Source of the DNA: Alistipes sp.
GTDB taxonomy: Bacteria > Bacteroidota > Bacteroidia > Bacteroidales > Rikenellaceae
Length of the DNA stretch: 64,000 nucleotides
Assembly: GCA_017463615.1 (NCBI GenBank)
Contig: JAFTOU010000004.1
Location: forward strand, 29,319 to 93,318
Direction: 5' to 3'
How positions within the stretch are numbered: the stretch's first letter is position 1; the number at the start of each line of letters is the position of its first letter. Under the pieces are notes generated by a model. That model was not told the origin of the DNA and made no database searches. It saw nothing but the letters and a program-made list of their open reading frames with translations. Position numbers and translations under genes: made by a program. Of this stretch, positions 1 to 11,600 are shown in pieces.

Positions 1-1291
1 CACCCTTGGTTGCGATAAGGATAGTCTGCTCGTCCTTGCGGTGGAGCGTTGTCATCAGCTTGCGCTCGGAGTCAAATGGAATCTCCGAGATGCGCGGATA
101 GGTGCTGTTGAGCGCCTCTTGAGATAGATTATTGCTCTCAGAGTAGGCTACAAGAGCCGTCTCTGTAGGGTCGCCAATAAGCTCGCCCTCGCCACTCTGA
201 GAGGTATCGTTGCAGAGCGTGCCGATGGTAAAGAGCATATCTGATGCCTTAGGGTATGCCTCCACGACGGTCATCTTATTCTGCGTAAGGGTACCCGTCT
301 TGTCGGAGCAGATTACAGTAGTGCTACCGAGAGTCTCCACCGACGGCAGGTTGCGCACAATAGCATTCTGCTTGGCAAGGCGCTGCACACCCAGTGCCAG
401 CACCACAGTAGATACGGCAGGCAGACCCTCTGGAATAGCCGCCACGGCAAGGCTTACGGCGGTCATAAACATCTCCATCAGACCACGACCGTAGCACAGA
501 CCGATGATAAATATCGCAGCGCAGACGATAAGGCTGATAACGGCAAGCGCCTTGCCCAGCTTATCAAGGCGCACCTGCATAGGGGTACGCATATCGGGCA
601 CAGACTTAATCATGGCGGCGATTTTACCCACCTCGGTATTCTCGCCCGTAGCTACAACAACGCCCAAGCCACGGCCGTATGTAACGCTGCAGGAGCTGAA
701 AGCCATATTTACGCGGTCGCCAATGCCTACGGTATTAGATATGGTATCGGTATCCTTCTCCACCGGTAGCGACTCGCCCGTAAGTGCCGCCTCCTGAATC
801 TTGAGATTGACACTCTCTATTAGTCGCAAATCGGCAGGCACGCTATCGCCCGTCTCTATCTCAACAATATCGCCAACAACCAGCTCGCGCGACTCAATTA
901 CCTGATGCTCGCCATCGCGGATAACCTTGCAGTGTGGCGCCGAGAGCCTCTCCAGTGCATCAAGGGCATTCTCAGCCTTCGCCTCCTGGAATACGCCGAT
1001 AATGGCATTTACGATAAGGATTGAGAGGATGATAATCGCATCGGTAATACCCTCGCCATTCATATAGCCCGTAATGCCCGAAATCACAGCGGCAATGAGC
1101 AGCACGATAATCATAAAGCTCTTGAACTGCGAGATGAACTTCTGCCACAGCGAGGAGTGTTTCTTCTTTGCAAACTCGTTGTAGCCATCGCGCTTTTGAC
1201 GCTCAGCGGCCTGGCTCTGGGATAGCCCCTGCTTGATATCTGTCTTTAGAAGTTGAACAATCTGTTCAACCGATTGCTGGTAATGTTCCAT
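1..1291 (-). CDS. Cation-transporting P-type ATPase (Ca2+/Mg2+-type, subfamily IIA-like), N-terminal part; runs off the left edge
   Basis: Manual minus-strand translation from ATG at 1291 gives MEHYQQSVEQIVQLLKTDIKQGLS...G.NE..., QEAKAENALDAL, VVGDIV, ALTGES and the phosphorylation motif CSDKTGTLTQNKM. It is absent from the ORF track because no stop lies inside the window. Confidence 0.92.
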   Translation of the reverse strand, partial: MEHYQQSVEQIVQLLKTDIKQGLSQSQAAERQKRDGYNEFAKKKHSSLWQKFISQFKSFMIIVLLIAAVISGITGYMNGEGITDAIIILSILIVNAIIGVFQEAKAENALDALERLSAPHCKVIRDGEHQVIESRELVVGDIVEIETGDSVPADLRLIESVNLKIQEAALTGESLPVEKDTDTISNTVGIGDRVNMAFSSCSVTYGRGLGVVVATGENTEVGKIAAMIKSVPDMRTPMQVRLDKLGKALAVISLIVCAAIFIIGLCYGRGLMEMFMTAVSLAVAAIPEGLPAVSTVVLALGVQRLAKQNAIVRNLPSVETLGSTTVICSDKTGTLTQNKMTVVEAYPKASDMLFTIGTLCNDTSQSGEGELIGDPTETALVAYSESNNLSQEALNSTYPRISEIPFDSERKLMTTLHRKDEQTILIATKG

Positions 1292-1457
1292 CAGTGTTAT
1301 TTTTTAGTTCCTTACAAAGATAGAGATTCTTTGGCGGAAAATATTACATCGTCGGCGATTTTATTTATCAAATTTCGTAAAACGGACTATTATTGCAACA
1401 TTTTTACTATATTTGTAAGACATTTGGACATTGCGGCTCTATAATTACGACACGACT

Positions 1458-2573
1458 ATGGACAGACAGCAGAGGCTACCACTCTCAAATCAGATACTGT
1501 ACACCTCCTCGGATGGGAAGGTGATAAACCCTGCGGCACGATATTTCAGCGCCATTCTGACCTCCAATACCTACGAGGATGGGGTGGGTGTTATTCAGTT
1601 TAACCGCCCGGTGAGTGATATCGGCTGGAACGCCTTTATGGGGTGCACAACGCTCACGAGCCTCTCCATGCCACTTGGTGTTGTGGAGATTGCCGACGGC
1701 GCTTGCTCGGGATGCACGGCGCTGGAGCAGGTGGTCGTGCCCGATAGCGTTACCAAGATTGGCAATAGGGCCTTTGCGGGCTGTACGGCTCTGCGTAGCA
1801 TATCTATCCCCGAGTCGGTCTCTAAGATTGGCGAGGATGCCTTTGATAGCGCTACGGTGGTTATCCGCCGTCCGAAGGCTATGCCTGTGGCGGATGAGAT
1901 ATGGTATACCACAGCCAACCACCAGCCTCTGGAGCTGCCAGAGTATACTGCCGAGGGTGGTGTTGTGACAAATAGCTACCGCAATGGCGTGGGTGTTATC
2001 AAGTTCTCCGCGCCACTGACCGAGCTGCAAAATTGTGCCTTCTACAACTGCGCTGAGCTTACGAGCGTAATACTTCCGAAGGGTATGACATCTGTCGGCA
2101 ACCACACCTTCTCGGGCTGCTCGGCGCTGACAAGCGTTACGGTTCCCGATAGCGTTGAGCATATCGGCATTTGCGCCTTTGAGGGTTGCTCGGCGCTCAA
2201 GAATATAGACTTGGGTCGCGGTGTGCAGCGCTTTGGCGAGTATGCCTTTGGTGGATGTCTGTCGCTCAAGAGCCTTGCTCTACCCGATGGTGTGCAGGTG
2301 CTCTCGGAGGGACTCTTTTTCGGCTGTAAGTCGCTCACCACGCTCTATTTGGGACAGAGTGTAAATGCTATAGAGACCCACGCCTTTGAGCGTTGCGGGA
2401 GCCTGCAGCGCTACTACCTAAGGGCTGCCGAGCCGCAGTTTAGCAGCTCTCTGCTACCACTCTCTGTGGGCGTTAGGGTCTATGTGTTAAATGGGTCGCT
2501 GGAGTGCTATAAGGGCCACGCCGATTGGGGTCAGCACGCCGACCGCATCTACGGATACGACCCCGAAAATTAG
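1458..2573 (+). CDS. BspA-type leucine-rich repeat (LRR_5) protein with two similar modules
   Basis: Repeated IGxxAFxGCxxLxSIxIPxSV motifs; likely start is ATG 1458 within ORF 1431..2573; no obvious signal peptide. Confidence 0.85.
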   Translation: MDRQQRLPLSNQILYTSSDGKVINPAARYFSAILTSNTYEDGVGVIQFNRPVSDIGWNAFMGCTTLTSLSMPLGVVEIADGACSGCTALEQVVVPDSVTKIGNRAFAGCTALRSISIPESVSKIGEDAFDSATVVIRRPKAMPVADEIWYTTANHQPLELPEYTAEGGVVTNSYRNGVGVIKFSAPLTELQNCAFYNCAELTSVILPKGMTSVGNHTFSGCSALTSVTVPDSVEHIGICAFEGCSALKNIDLGRGVQRFGEYAFGGCLSLKSLALPDGVQVLSEGLFFGCKSLTTLYLGQSVNAIETHAFERCGSLQRYYLRAAEPQFSSSLLPLSVGVRVYVLNGSLECYKGHADWGQHADRIYGYDPEN

Positions 2574-2578
2574 ATGCT

Positions 2579-5023
2579 ATGAGGAGGCTTCTGCTCATAC
2601 TCCTCTGCGCTATACTGCTCAGTTTCACTGCTTTAGGTCAGGAGCCTGAGCAGTATCGCTATTTTAAGTTCTACGAGCCAACCGACGAGAGCGAACCACT
2701 AATCTCCCAGTCCGATACCGTCATTCAGACCCTGCCACACCCCACTTGGGGTCAGAGTCTGTTTGAGCAACCATCTGCTGTGGTGAACGACCATCGCGGT
2801 GTGAACTACTACGACCAGACGGATATCTTTAATGGCATACGACTGCCTAAGATTAGCCACTACCGCGCCCGCAGGCTGGGTCTGCAAAGTACTCTGCTTG
2901 AGGATGTTAGCGCCCGCCGCTATACTGTCGTGCGCCCTAAGACGGAGCGTACGCAGGTGGGGCTGTCACTCGCCACGCGCGGCTATAGGGTCGGCGTTAG
3001 TGGCTCCACAGCGCACAGCATAGGGGAGCGGAGCATACTTCTGAGTGATATCAGCATGCGCACGGGCAGGGATGCCCATATCAAGGGTGTCTATACCAAC
3101 GATGCGCAGGTGAACCTCGCCCTGATGCACACGCCCGACAGCCTTAGTAGCCTCTATGTTGCCCTGCTCTTCAACCCCTCCGAGCGTGCGGTGCGCAGGG
3201 CGGCCTATGGTCAGTGCTTTGAGCTTACGGGCGACAGATACTACAACCCCGCCTGGGGTTATCAGGACTCTAAGGTGCGCAGCGCCAATGTCATCACCAC
3301 GCTGCAACCTACGGCTGTAGCCTCCTATAGCCGCGATTTTGCCCGCGCGGGAAGACTCAATGTAAGCCTTGCGGCTACCGTTGGCTCAAGGGCGCATAGT
3401 GGTCTGGACTACCTCAATGCCGCCACGCCCCTGCCCGATAACTACCGCTACCTGCCCGACTACTTCACAGAGTCGGAGGCTGCCGAGGCGGTTACTACTG
3501 CGTGGGCTACGGGCGATAGCCGCTATACGCAGATAGATTTTGACGAGCTGCACCGCCGTAATCGCCTGCAGCCGCACGCCGTCTACCTGATGAACAACCG
3601 CGTGACGCGCACCACCAATCTGCAACTCAGCGCCTCGCTTGTGCGCGAGCTTAATTCCTATCTGAGGATAACCTATGGCGCTACGGGGCAGTACGACCGC
3701 CGTCGTAGCTTCAAGCGGGCTACGGACCTGCTCTCAGGAGGGGCGTTTGAGGATATAGACTACTACTTGGTGGATGACGACTCCTATAGCTCCAACTTGC
3801 AGAACGACCTCAATAATCCTGGTAGAACTATCGGTAAATCAGACCGTTACGGCTACGACTACGCCCTTGTTCGCTCTCGTGCGGTTCTATTTGCTCAGGT
3901 GGAGTATACCCGTCAGCGCTTTGCCCTGGAGGGTAGGGTAGAGGTGGGTGGAAGCAGGACTCTTCGCCGCGGATATTTTCGCAAGGAGCTCTTTGCGGAC
4001 AACAGCTACGGGCGCTCCGAGCCGATAAACTTCGCCGACTATGCCCTGCGCCTTAGTGCCGACTTCCGCCCTCAGCCCAACCACCACCTCTACGGCTCTG
4101 TCACTGTCGCGGTAGCTCCGCCAGAGGCTGAGAACCTCTTTTTGCAGTCGCAGTATAACCATCGCGCCGTGACAAATAGCTCTCTTTCAACGCTTTACGC
4201 TGCAAATGTGGGATACGAGCTCTACGCTGGCGAACTCTCGCTCCGCACGGCACTCTTTGCCCGCTATCAGGGTCGGGGCACGGAGGTTATGCAGGTATAC
4301 TACGACCCCGCCTCGCAGTTTGCCGATATTGTAACTACGAATGTTGCCACCCTTGCCGCGGGTGTGGAGGTGGAGGCGCGCTATCGCGTGGCTCGCCACT
4401 GGAATTTTACCCTTGCCGCTACGGCGGGTCGTTATCGCTATGCGGGCACGCCTGTGGTTACGGTCTATGCCGACCGCGACAATGCCCTGCTGGCGCAGGA
4501 TAGCGTTGCAGGGGCGCGTAAGTTGCGTACGGGACGCACGCCAGGGGTCTCGGTGGCGGCGGAGATTGAGTACTTCAACCGCGGCTGGGGCGTTACGCTC
4601 AGCGGTGCTTATCATGCCCTCAGATATGTCTCCCCGTCGCTTGTTCGCCGCACGGAGAGCATCCTCTCGCACGCCGCCACGGAGCAGGCTCGTGCCGAAC
4701 TTGTCGCCCAGCAGAACATCGGCAGCGCCGCTACGGCTAACATTATGCTCTCCAAGAGCATCTACCTCAAGAGCTTTGACCGCCGACTGTACTCCACTGC
4801 CGCCGCGCCAAAGCTGCTTGACCGACACCCCTACTCGCGCATAACTATATCGGTGATTGTCAATAACTTACTCGGCACGGACACCTTCATCTACCGCGCC
4901 TACGAATCCTCCCGCATCCGCCGCAAGCGCCTCTGGCAGTCCTACTCCGCCACCGCCATGCCCGCCTACCAACTCTACGCCTACCCCCGCACCTACGCCC
5001 TGCATATAAAGGTGACATTTTAG
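2579..5023 (+). CDS. Outer-membrane beta-barrel, TonB-dependent-receptor-like protein
   Basis: Signal peptide MRRLLLILLCAILLSFTALG from ATG 2579; YYNPAWGYQD motif seen in a Bacteroidetes TBDR subfamily; amphipathic strands; C-terminal ...YALHIKVTF ending in Phe. Confidence 0.65.
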   Translation: MRRLLLILLCAILLSFTALGQEPEQYRYFKFYEPTDESEPLISQSDTVIQTLPHPTWGQSLFEQPSAVVNDHRGVNYYDQTDIFNGIRLPKISHYRARRLGLQSTLLEDVSARRYTVVRPKTERTQVGLSLATRGYRVGVSGSTAHSIGERSILLSDISMRTGRDAHIKGVYTNDAQVNLALMHTPDSLSSLYVALLFNPSERAVRRAAYGQCFELTGDRYYNPAWGYQDSKVRSANVITTLQPTAVASYSRDFARAGRLNVSLAATVGSRAHSGLDYLNAATPLPDNYRYLPDYFTESEAAEAVTTAWATGDSRYTQIDFDELHRRNRLQPHAVYLMNNRVTRTTNLQLSASLVRELNSYLRITYGATGQYDRRRSFKRATDLLSGGAFEDIDYYLVDDDSYSSNLQNDLNNPGRTIGKSDRYGYDYALVRSRAVLFAQVEYTRQRFALEGRVEVGGSRTLRRGYFRKELFADNSYGRSEPINFADYALRLSADFRPQPNHHLYGSVTVAVAPPEAENLFLQSQYNHRAVTNSSLSTLYAANVGYELYAGELSLRTALFARYQGRGTEVMQVYYDPASQFADIVTTNVATLAAGVEVEARYRVARHWNFTLAATAGRYRYAGTPVVTVYADRDNALLAQDSVAGARKLRTGRTPGVSVAAEIEYFNRGWGVTLSGAYHALRYVSPSLVRRTESILSHAATEQARAELVAQQNIGSAATANIMLSKSIYLKSFDRRLYSTAAAPKLLDRHPYSRITISVIVNNLLGTDTFIYRAYESSRIRRKRLWQSYSATAMPAYQLYAYPRTYALHIKVTF

Positions 5024-5270
5024 CTGTTGGCTATTAGCCATTAGCTATTGGCTCGCCTATGGCGACCCTTCCTCCTCGCGGCTCGGCATAGCAAACGAGT
5101 TTGTTCTGCTCTCGCTCCGCAGCGTCGGTTGGCTTTTCTAAGGTATCCGCTATACGGATGATATTTAGGGGTGCAAGCCGTGGCGATTTATTAAAGGTTA
5201 TTAAGGGTGGCTAAAATTAAGGGTATCGCTACCTTGATATAGCCAATGGCCAAAAGCCAACAGCCAAAAA
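5024..5270. repeat. Dispersed palindromic element family C, copy 1, bounded by inverted heptamer arrays (TTAGCTA/TTGGCTA ... TAGCCAA)
   Basis: Near-identical ~90-nt block (ggctcgc...gcgacccttcctcc...gcggctcggcatagcaaac...gctctcgctccgcagcgtcggttggctttt) recurs at ~37520-37610. Confidence 0.8.
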
Positions 5271-5302
5271 AAATAGGCCCCGGAAATCGGAGCCTATTTT
5301 TT
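5266..5302. terminator. Bidirectional intrinsic terminator between convergent genes
   Basis: aaaaaaataggc-cccggaaatcgga-gcctatttttt hairpin with A and T tracts on both sides. Confidence 0.75.
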
Positions 5303-5315
5303 ATAGTGGTAGTGA

Positions 5316-6926
5316 TTACTCAAGTACTGGACCTGCAGCAACCAGAGCCTTACCAGCCTCGTTGGTGGTGTACTTGCCGAAGTTCTTGATGAAACGACCT
5401 GCAAGGTCTGCTGCCTTAACCTCCCACTCCTTAGCGTCTGCGTAGGTGTCGCGTGGGTCAAGGATTGCAGGATCTACACCTGGAAGAGCTGTAGGAACCT
5501 CAAAGTTGAAGACTGGGATAGTCTTGGTAGGAGCCTCAAGGATAGCACCGTCAAGGATAGCGTCAATAATACCACGAGTGTCGCGGATAGAGATACGCTT
5601 GCCAGTACCGTTCCAACCAGTGTTTACGAGGTATGCCTTAGCACCGCTCTTCTCCATACGCTTTACAAGCTCCTCAGCATACTTTGTTGGGTGGAGCTCA
5701 AGGAATGCCTGACCGAAGCAAGCAGAGAAGGTTGGAGTAGGCTCGGTGATACCACGCTCTGTACCTGCGAGCTTAGCAGTAAAGCCAGAGAGGAAGTAGT
5801 ACTGAGTCTGATCTGGTGTAAGGATAGATACTGGAGGAAGTACGCCGAATGCATCTGCAGAGAGGAAGATTACATTCTTAGCTGCAGGAGCTGCGCTCTT
5901 AGGGCGAACGATGTTCTCGATGTGCTCGATTGGATAAGATACACGAGTGTTCTCAGTTACGCTCTTATCGTTGAAGTCGATCTTGCCATTAGCATCTACG
6001 GTAACATTCTCAAGCAGAGCGTTACGACGGATAGCGTTGTAGATATCTGGCTCAGACTCCTTGTCCAGCTTAATAACCTTTGCATAGCAACCACCCTCAA
6101 AGTTGAAGATACCGTTGTCGTCCCAACCGTGCTCGTCGTCACCGATAAGCTGACGCTTAGGGTCGGTAGAGAGGGTAGTCTTACCTGTACCAGAGAGGCC
6201 GAAGAAGATAGCGGTCTCGCCCTTCTCGTTGGTGTTTGCAGAGCAGTGCATAGAAGCGATGCCCTTCAGTGGCAGGTAGTAGTTCATCATAGAGAACATA
6301 CCCTTCTTCATCTCACCACCATACCAAGTGTTGATGATAACCTGCTCGCGAGAGGTGATGTTGAACACAACAGCGGTCTCAGAGTTAAGACCCAGCTCCT
6401 GATAGTTCTCAACCTTTGCCTTAGAGGCGTTGTATACGATAAAGTCTGGCTCAAAAGTCTCAAGCTCTGCCGCAGTAGGGCGGATAAACATGTTCTTCAC
6501 AAAGTGAGCCTGCCAAGCAACCTCCATGATGAAACGAACAGCCATACGGGTATCCTCGTTAGCACCACAGTAGCCATCAATTACAAACAGACGCTTGCCA
6601 GAGAGCTCGCGCTGTGCAATCTCCTTAAGAGCAGCCCAAGATGACTCAGAGCAAGGCTTGTTGTCGTTCTTGTACTCCTCAGAAGTCCACCATACAGTGT
6701 CCTTAGAGTTCTCGTCCATAACGATGAACTTGTCCTTAGGTGAACGACCAGTGTAAACGCCAGTCATCACATTTACAGCACCAAGCTCAGTCTCCTGACC
6801 GCGGTCAAAACCGGTAAGAGACTCCTTAGTCTCCTCCTCAAAGAGAACCTCGTAAGACGGATTGTAGACAACCTCAGTAGTCTCGGTAATACCGTACTTC
6901 AATAAATCTTCTTTCTTAAAAGCCAT
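5316..6926 (-). CDS. pckA: Phosphoenolpyruvate carboxykinase (ATP)
   Basis: [28 protein letters not shown] (P-loop), [21 protein letters not shown] motifs. Confidence 0.97.
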   Translation of the reverse strand: MAFKKEDLLKYGITETTEVVYNPSYEVLFEEETKESLTGFDRGQETELGAVNVMTGVYTGRSPKDKFIVMDENSKDTVWWTSEEYKNDNKPCSESSWAALKEIAQRELSGKRLFVIDGYCGANEDTRMAVRFIMEVAWQAHFVKNMFIRPTAAELETFEPDFIVYNASKAKVENYQELGLNSETAVVFNITSREQVIINTWYGGEMKKGMFSMMNYYLPLKGIASMHCSANTNEKGETAIFFGLSGTGKTTLSTDPKRQLIGDDEHGWDDNGIFNFEGGCYAKVIKLDKESEPDIYNAIRRNALLENVTVDANGKIDFNDKSVTENTRVSYPIEHIENIVRPKSAAPAAKNVIFLSADAFGVLPPVSILTPDQTQYYFLSGFTAKLAGTERGITEPTPTFSACFGQAFLELHPTKYAEELVKRMEKSGAKAYLVNTGWNGTGKRISIRDTRGIIDAILDGAILEAPTKTIPVFNFEVPTALPGVDPAILDPRDTYADAKEWEVKAADLAGRFIKNFGKYTTNEAGKALVAAGPVLE

Positions 6927-7017
6927 AGTTGTTTAATATTTAGTGATTTAACCTCTTATTCTTGTGTAATCTTTCCGTTCAAAAGGGCGCTATATGTAAG
7001 ACCCTTTTTTCCCGATG

Positions 7018-7025
7018 CAAAGATA
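7018..7025 (-). promoter_or_regulatory. Bacteroidetes sigma-A -7 element upstream of pckA
   Basis: TAtcTTTG on the minus strand ~90 nt upstream of the pckA ATG. Confidence 0.55.
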
Positions 7026-7071
7026 TTGCTAATTTTTGAATTGTGAAAATATTAACACACATTTTTTTGAA

Positions 7072-7197
7072 TTTTGTTGTGAAAAGCACGCATTTGCGGC
7101 ACATCCCTTAAATATTAGGCTCGGCTGTACGTTTTAGTACTATCCGAGCCTAATATTTTTCACGATGCACCGCAACTACGCACTTTTGACAACAAAA
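7072..7197. repeat. Palindromic element family A, copy 1
   Basis: Terminal IR ttttgttgtgaaaag/cttttgacaacaaaa; perfect inner stem aaatattaggctcgg/ccgagcctaatattt around ctgtacgttttagtactat. Confidence 0.8.
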
Positions 7198-7199
7198 TG

Positions 7200-7395
7200 G
7201 GTGCGGAGAATGGGAGGTGTGCACCAAATGACAAATAATGACATTCAATGGCATTGAATAGCGTTTGTCATTCATTGTCATTAAGGGCGCCAGCCCTTTG
7301 CTATTCTATGTCATTCTTTAATCGCGCTAAACACTCGTCGCCATAGGCGACACCTCTGAAAAGCCAATAGCTAATAGCTAATAGCCAACAGCTTT
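7200..7395. repeat. Composite short-period repeats plus a reverse-oriented end of family C
   Basis: aatgac/gtcatt repeats, the gtcgcc-ata-ggcgac hairpin, then the gaaaagccaatagctaatagctaatagccaacagc heptamer array. Confidence 0.6.
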
Positions 7396-7482
7396 TTAAC
7401 CAGTCATCCGCCAAAAACGACTGTTCACAGTAAAAATTCGCTCGGATTTTGCAGAAGTTGCAAAAATAGTTACTTTTGTACT

Positions 7483-8592
7483 ATGGCTGTGATATATTTC
7501 CATATCCCTTTTTGCAAGCGGTTGTGTGGCTATTGCGACTTTAGGCGTAGTGTGAAGGTTCAGTATATGCCGCAGGTGGTGGAGCAGATGCACAGGGAGC
7601 TGGAGGCGCAGCACGGTTTTTTGACAGATAGGACTATTCGTACAATATATTTCGGCGGAGGGACCCCTTCGCTACTCAATCCCTCGGAGATAGAGCGGTT
7701 TATTGCCCACTGTCGCCAGCTATTTGACTGTTCGGCTGTGGAGGAGATAACTGTGGAGGTAAACCCTGATGATATTACGGAGCAATATGTTGAGGCGTTG
7801 AGCCGCAGCTCGGTGAACAGGGTATCTATGGGTGTGCAGTCGTTTGACGATGCCGCCCTGCGCTTTATGGGCCGTAGGCATACTGCCGAGCAGGCGGTGC
7901 GGGCTATTGAGCGTCTGCGAAGTGGCGGGATTGAGAATATATCTATAGATATAATCTTCGGTATCAGCGGCTTCGGCGGTAGTAGTTTGGAGCGCACTTT
8001 GCAGCAGGCTGTGGCGATGGATGTGGAGCATATCTCGGCATACCACCTGACCATAGAGCCTACTACCCGCTTTGGTCGTCTGCTGGAGAAGGGGGAGCTG
8101 AGTCAGACCCCCGAGCAGCAGAGTGAGGAGGAGTTTGCCGCTGTGCATCAGGCACTTACGGCTGTGGGTTACGAGCACTACGAGGTGAGTAACTTCGCCC
8201 GCAAGGGTTTTCGCTCGCGCCATAACTCGTCCTACTGGACGGGGGCGCAGTACCTGGGCATAGGCCCCGGGGCGCACTCATACACCGAGGGTGTGCGTCG
8301 CTGGTGCGAGCAGGATGTGGCTCAGTATATCCACGCTGTGGAGTATGGCGAGGAGCATCTGAGCGTGGAAGATACTCTGAATGAGTATGTTATGGTCTCG
8401 CTGCGTCGCGTGGAGGGCATAGATTTGCAGCATATTGCCCAGCGCTGGGGCGAGGGTCATAGGGTGCGAATAGAGCGGTGCGCCGAGCCATTTGTGGCTA
8501 AGGGGCTGCTGGTAAAATGTGGCGAGAGGTTGGCTATTCCAGCCGCCCATTTTATCCTCTCCGATATGATTATAGAGGCACTATTTATATAA
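7483..8592 (+). CDS. hemW: Radical SAM heme chaperone HemW (HemN-like)
   Basis: YFHIPFCKRLCGYCDF (CxxxCxxC), IYFGGGTPS, EITVEVNP, YEVSNFA, HNSSYW motifs. Confidence 0.9.
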   Translation: MAVIYFHIPFCKRLCGYCDFRRSVKVQYMPQVVEQMHRELEAQHGFLTDRTIRTIYFGGGTPSLLNPSEIERFIAHCRQLFDCSAVEEITVEVNPDDITEQYVEALSRSSVNRVSMGVQSFDDAALRFMGRRHTAEQAVRAIERLRSGGIENISIDIIFGISGFGGSSLERTLQQAVAMDVEHISAYHLTIEPTTRFGRLLEKGELSQTPEQQSEEEFAAVHQALTAVGYEHYEVSNFARKGFRSRHNSSYWTGAQYLGIGPGAHSYTEGVRRWCEQDVAQYIHAVEYGEEHLSVEDTLNEYVMVSLRRVEGIDLQHIAQRWGEGHRVRIERCAEPFVAKGLLVKCGERLAIPAAHFILSDMIIEALFI

Positions 8593-8698
8593 TATAGGTA
8601 AAAATATTAAAAAATTTTAATAAAACTTTCAAATTTCAATGTAAAGTACTATCTTTGCGCCGGAAATTTTTGAGAAAAGTACAAAATATCAGATAATT

Positions 8699-11600
8699 AT
8701 GAGTGAAAAAAGATTTTCTCCAGATACCCTTTTTGAGGTTAGCTGGGAGGTGTGCAACAAGGTTGGTGGCATACACACAGTGGTAGCTACCAAGGCACTT
8801 ACTGTGACAGAGTTGCTGGGCGATAAGTATATCGTTATCGGTCCGGACTTCTCACAGGATAATGGTAATAGCGAGTTTGAGGAGGATACAACCCTGCTCC
8901 GTCAGTGGCGTCAGCAGCTCTATAACGAGGGCATTCGCGTGCGTATTGGTCGTTGGAAGATTGTGGGCAGCCCGCTGGCTATCCTCATTGACTTTACAAC
9001 CCACTTCGCACAGAAGGACGAGATTCTGAAGGGTCTGTGGGACAACTACAATGTAGACTCCCTCTCTGGTCAGTGGGACTATGTAGAGCCAGTGCTCTTC
9101 GGTCATATCGCAGGTCAGGTTATTGCATCGTATGTTGAGAATATCGCAGCGGCTACCGATAAGGTTGTGGCTCACTTCCACGAGTGGATGAGCTGCTCAG
9201 GTGGTCTCTACCTGCGCAAGTACTCTCCGTATGTTGCAACGGTGATGACTACCCACGCAACTGTTATGGGTCGTTGCATCGCTGGCAACAACCTGCCACT
9301 CTATGGCAACCTCTCTAAGTTCAACGCTGACGACCTTGCTCGTCAGTTCAATGTGGCTGCAAAGCACTCTATTGAGAAGATGGGTGCTCAGTATCACGAC
9401 GCCTTCCTTACCGTTAGCGACATCACTGCACGCGAGTGTAAGTATCTGCTGGGCAAGGAGGTTGATGTTGTTACCCCTAATGGCTTTGAGAACGACTTTG
9501 TTTGGACTGGTGCAGAGTATGACACCAAGCGTGCCGAGGCTCGTAAGGCGATGATTACCGTTGCTGAGGCTTGTCTGGGTTGCAAGTTTGAGTCTGAGCC
9601 GCTGATTGTCGGCACATCGGGTCGCTATGAGTTCCACAACAAGGGTCTGGATGTATTCTTTGAGTCACTCAAGCGTCTGGCGCAGTCAAATGTAGAGCGC
9701 GAGATTCTGGCTTATGTAACCGTTCCTGCTGCAAACCACGGTGCTCGCACCGACCTGCAGGCTCACCTGAAGGATAGCAGCAAGGCTATTGATGCTACTC
9801 AGTATCGCCACTCTACCCACTACCTTGAGAATCAGGCGTGGGATCAGGTAGCTCAGGCTATTGCAGAGAATGGTCTGGATGCTGCAGACTCTAAGGTAAA
9901 GGTTATCTTCGTGCCTACATACCTCAACCAGAACGACGGTATCTTTAACAAGAACTACTACGAGCTGCTTGTAGGTATGGACCTCACCGTATTTGCATCT
10001 TACTACGAGCCATGGGGCTACACTCCACTGGAGTCTATCGCATTCTCAGTACCTACAATCACCACCACCCTTGCAGGTTTTGGCGTTTGGGCAGCAGGTC
10101 TGGAGAACCACGAGGGTATCACCGTAATTGAGCGTAACGATACCAACGGCTCGCAGGCAGCAGCTGAGATTGCACTCACCATTCAGCAGTTCGCTTCTCG
10201 CCTTGAGGAGGAGGTTGCTGAGATTCGCGCTTCGGTATACGAGGTATCTAAGCTGGCATTGTGGGATAACCTGTTCAAGCACTATCAGAAGGCTTACCAG
10301 GTGGCTATTGAGAGCTGCGTAGGTCGTACAAACCGCGCCGTGCTGGGCGATGGCGGCTCAAAGACCGAGCAGATTAACTTCGTTAGCCAGCAGCTCTTTG
10401 CTGAGCGTCCAAACTGGCAGCGTGTGATGGTTGAGAAGTCACTGCCAGAGGTTCTTCATCCGCTGGAGGAGCTCTCACGCAACCTTTGGTGGAGCTGGAC
10501 CCTCGGTGCGCGCGACCTGTTTGAGTATATTGACAAGGAGCTGTGGGTTGAGGTAAACCGTAACCCTATCGCGCTGCTTGACAAGCTCTCTGTAGAGCGT
10601 CTGGCAGAGCTGGCTGCAGATAAGGAGTTCCTCAAGATGATGGGCGAGGTATATGCTCAGTTCCAGGAGTATATGAACGAGGCTCCAAAGGCAGAGACTC
10701 CGAAGATTGCATACTTCTCTATGGAGTACGGTCTGCACCACACCCTCAAGATCTACTCAGGTGGTCTTGGTATCCTTGCAGGTGACTACCTCAAGGAGGC
10801 ATCAGATAAGAATGTTCCTATGGTTGCCGTAGGTCTGCTCTACCGCTACGGTTACTTCACACAGCGCCTCTCAAGCCAGGGTGCTCAGGAGGCTGTATAT
10901 GAGCCACAGAACTTCTCTAAGCTCCCAATCTCGGCAGTTCGTGACGAGGATGGCAGCTGGGTAACTGTTCAGGTGGCATTCCCTGGTCGTACACTCTATG
11001 CTCGCGTATGGCGTTGCATGGTGGGTCGTACCGCCCTCTACCTGCTCGATACCGACTACGAGGCGAACCTTGAGGAGGATCGTCAGGTTACACACTACCT
11101 CTACGGTGGTGACTGGGAGAACCGTCTTAAGCAGGAGCTGCTGCTCGGCGTAGGTGGTATCCGCGCCCTCAACAAGATGGGCATCCGTCAGGATGTTTAC
11201 CACTGCAACGAGGGTCACGCAGCATTTATCGGTCTGGAGCGCATCCGCAACTTCATCGGTCGCCAGAAGCTGTCATTCTCTGAGGCTCTGGAGGTTGTTC
11301 GTAGCTCATCGCTCTTTACAACCCACACTCCAGTGCCTGCAGGTCACGACGCATTCCCAGAGTCTATGATTCGTCAGTATATGTCGCACTATCCAGATGT
11401 GCTGGGTATCACTTGGGATCAGTTCATCAACCTCGGTAAGGTTAATCCAAACGATGTGAACGAGAAGTTCTCTATGTCAGTGCTGGCATGTAACCTGTCT
11501 CAGGAGGTTAATGGTGTATCTTGGCTCCACGGCGAGGTATCTAAGGATATCCTGGGCAATATGTGGCCAGGCTACTTCAAGAATGAGCTCCACATCGGTT

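Noticed and set aside
210-797. Plus-strand ORFs 210-494 and 504-797, and the many other antisense or alternate-frame ORFs in the track
   Set aside because: They are shadows of well-supported genes on the other strand or frame (here the P-type ATPase) and carry no motifs.
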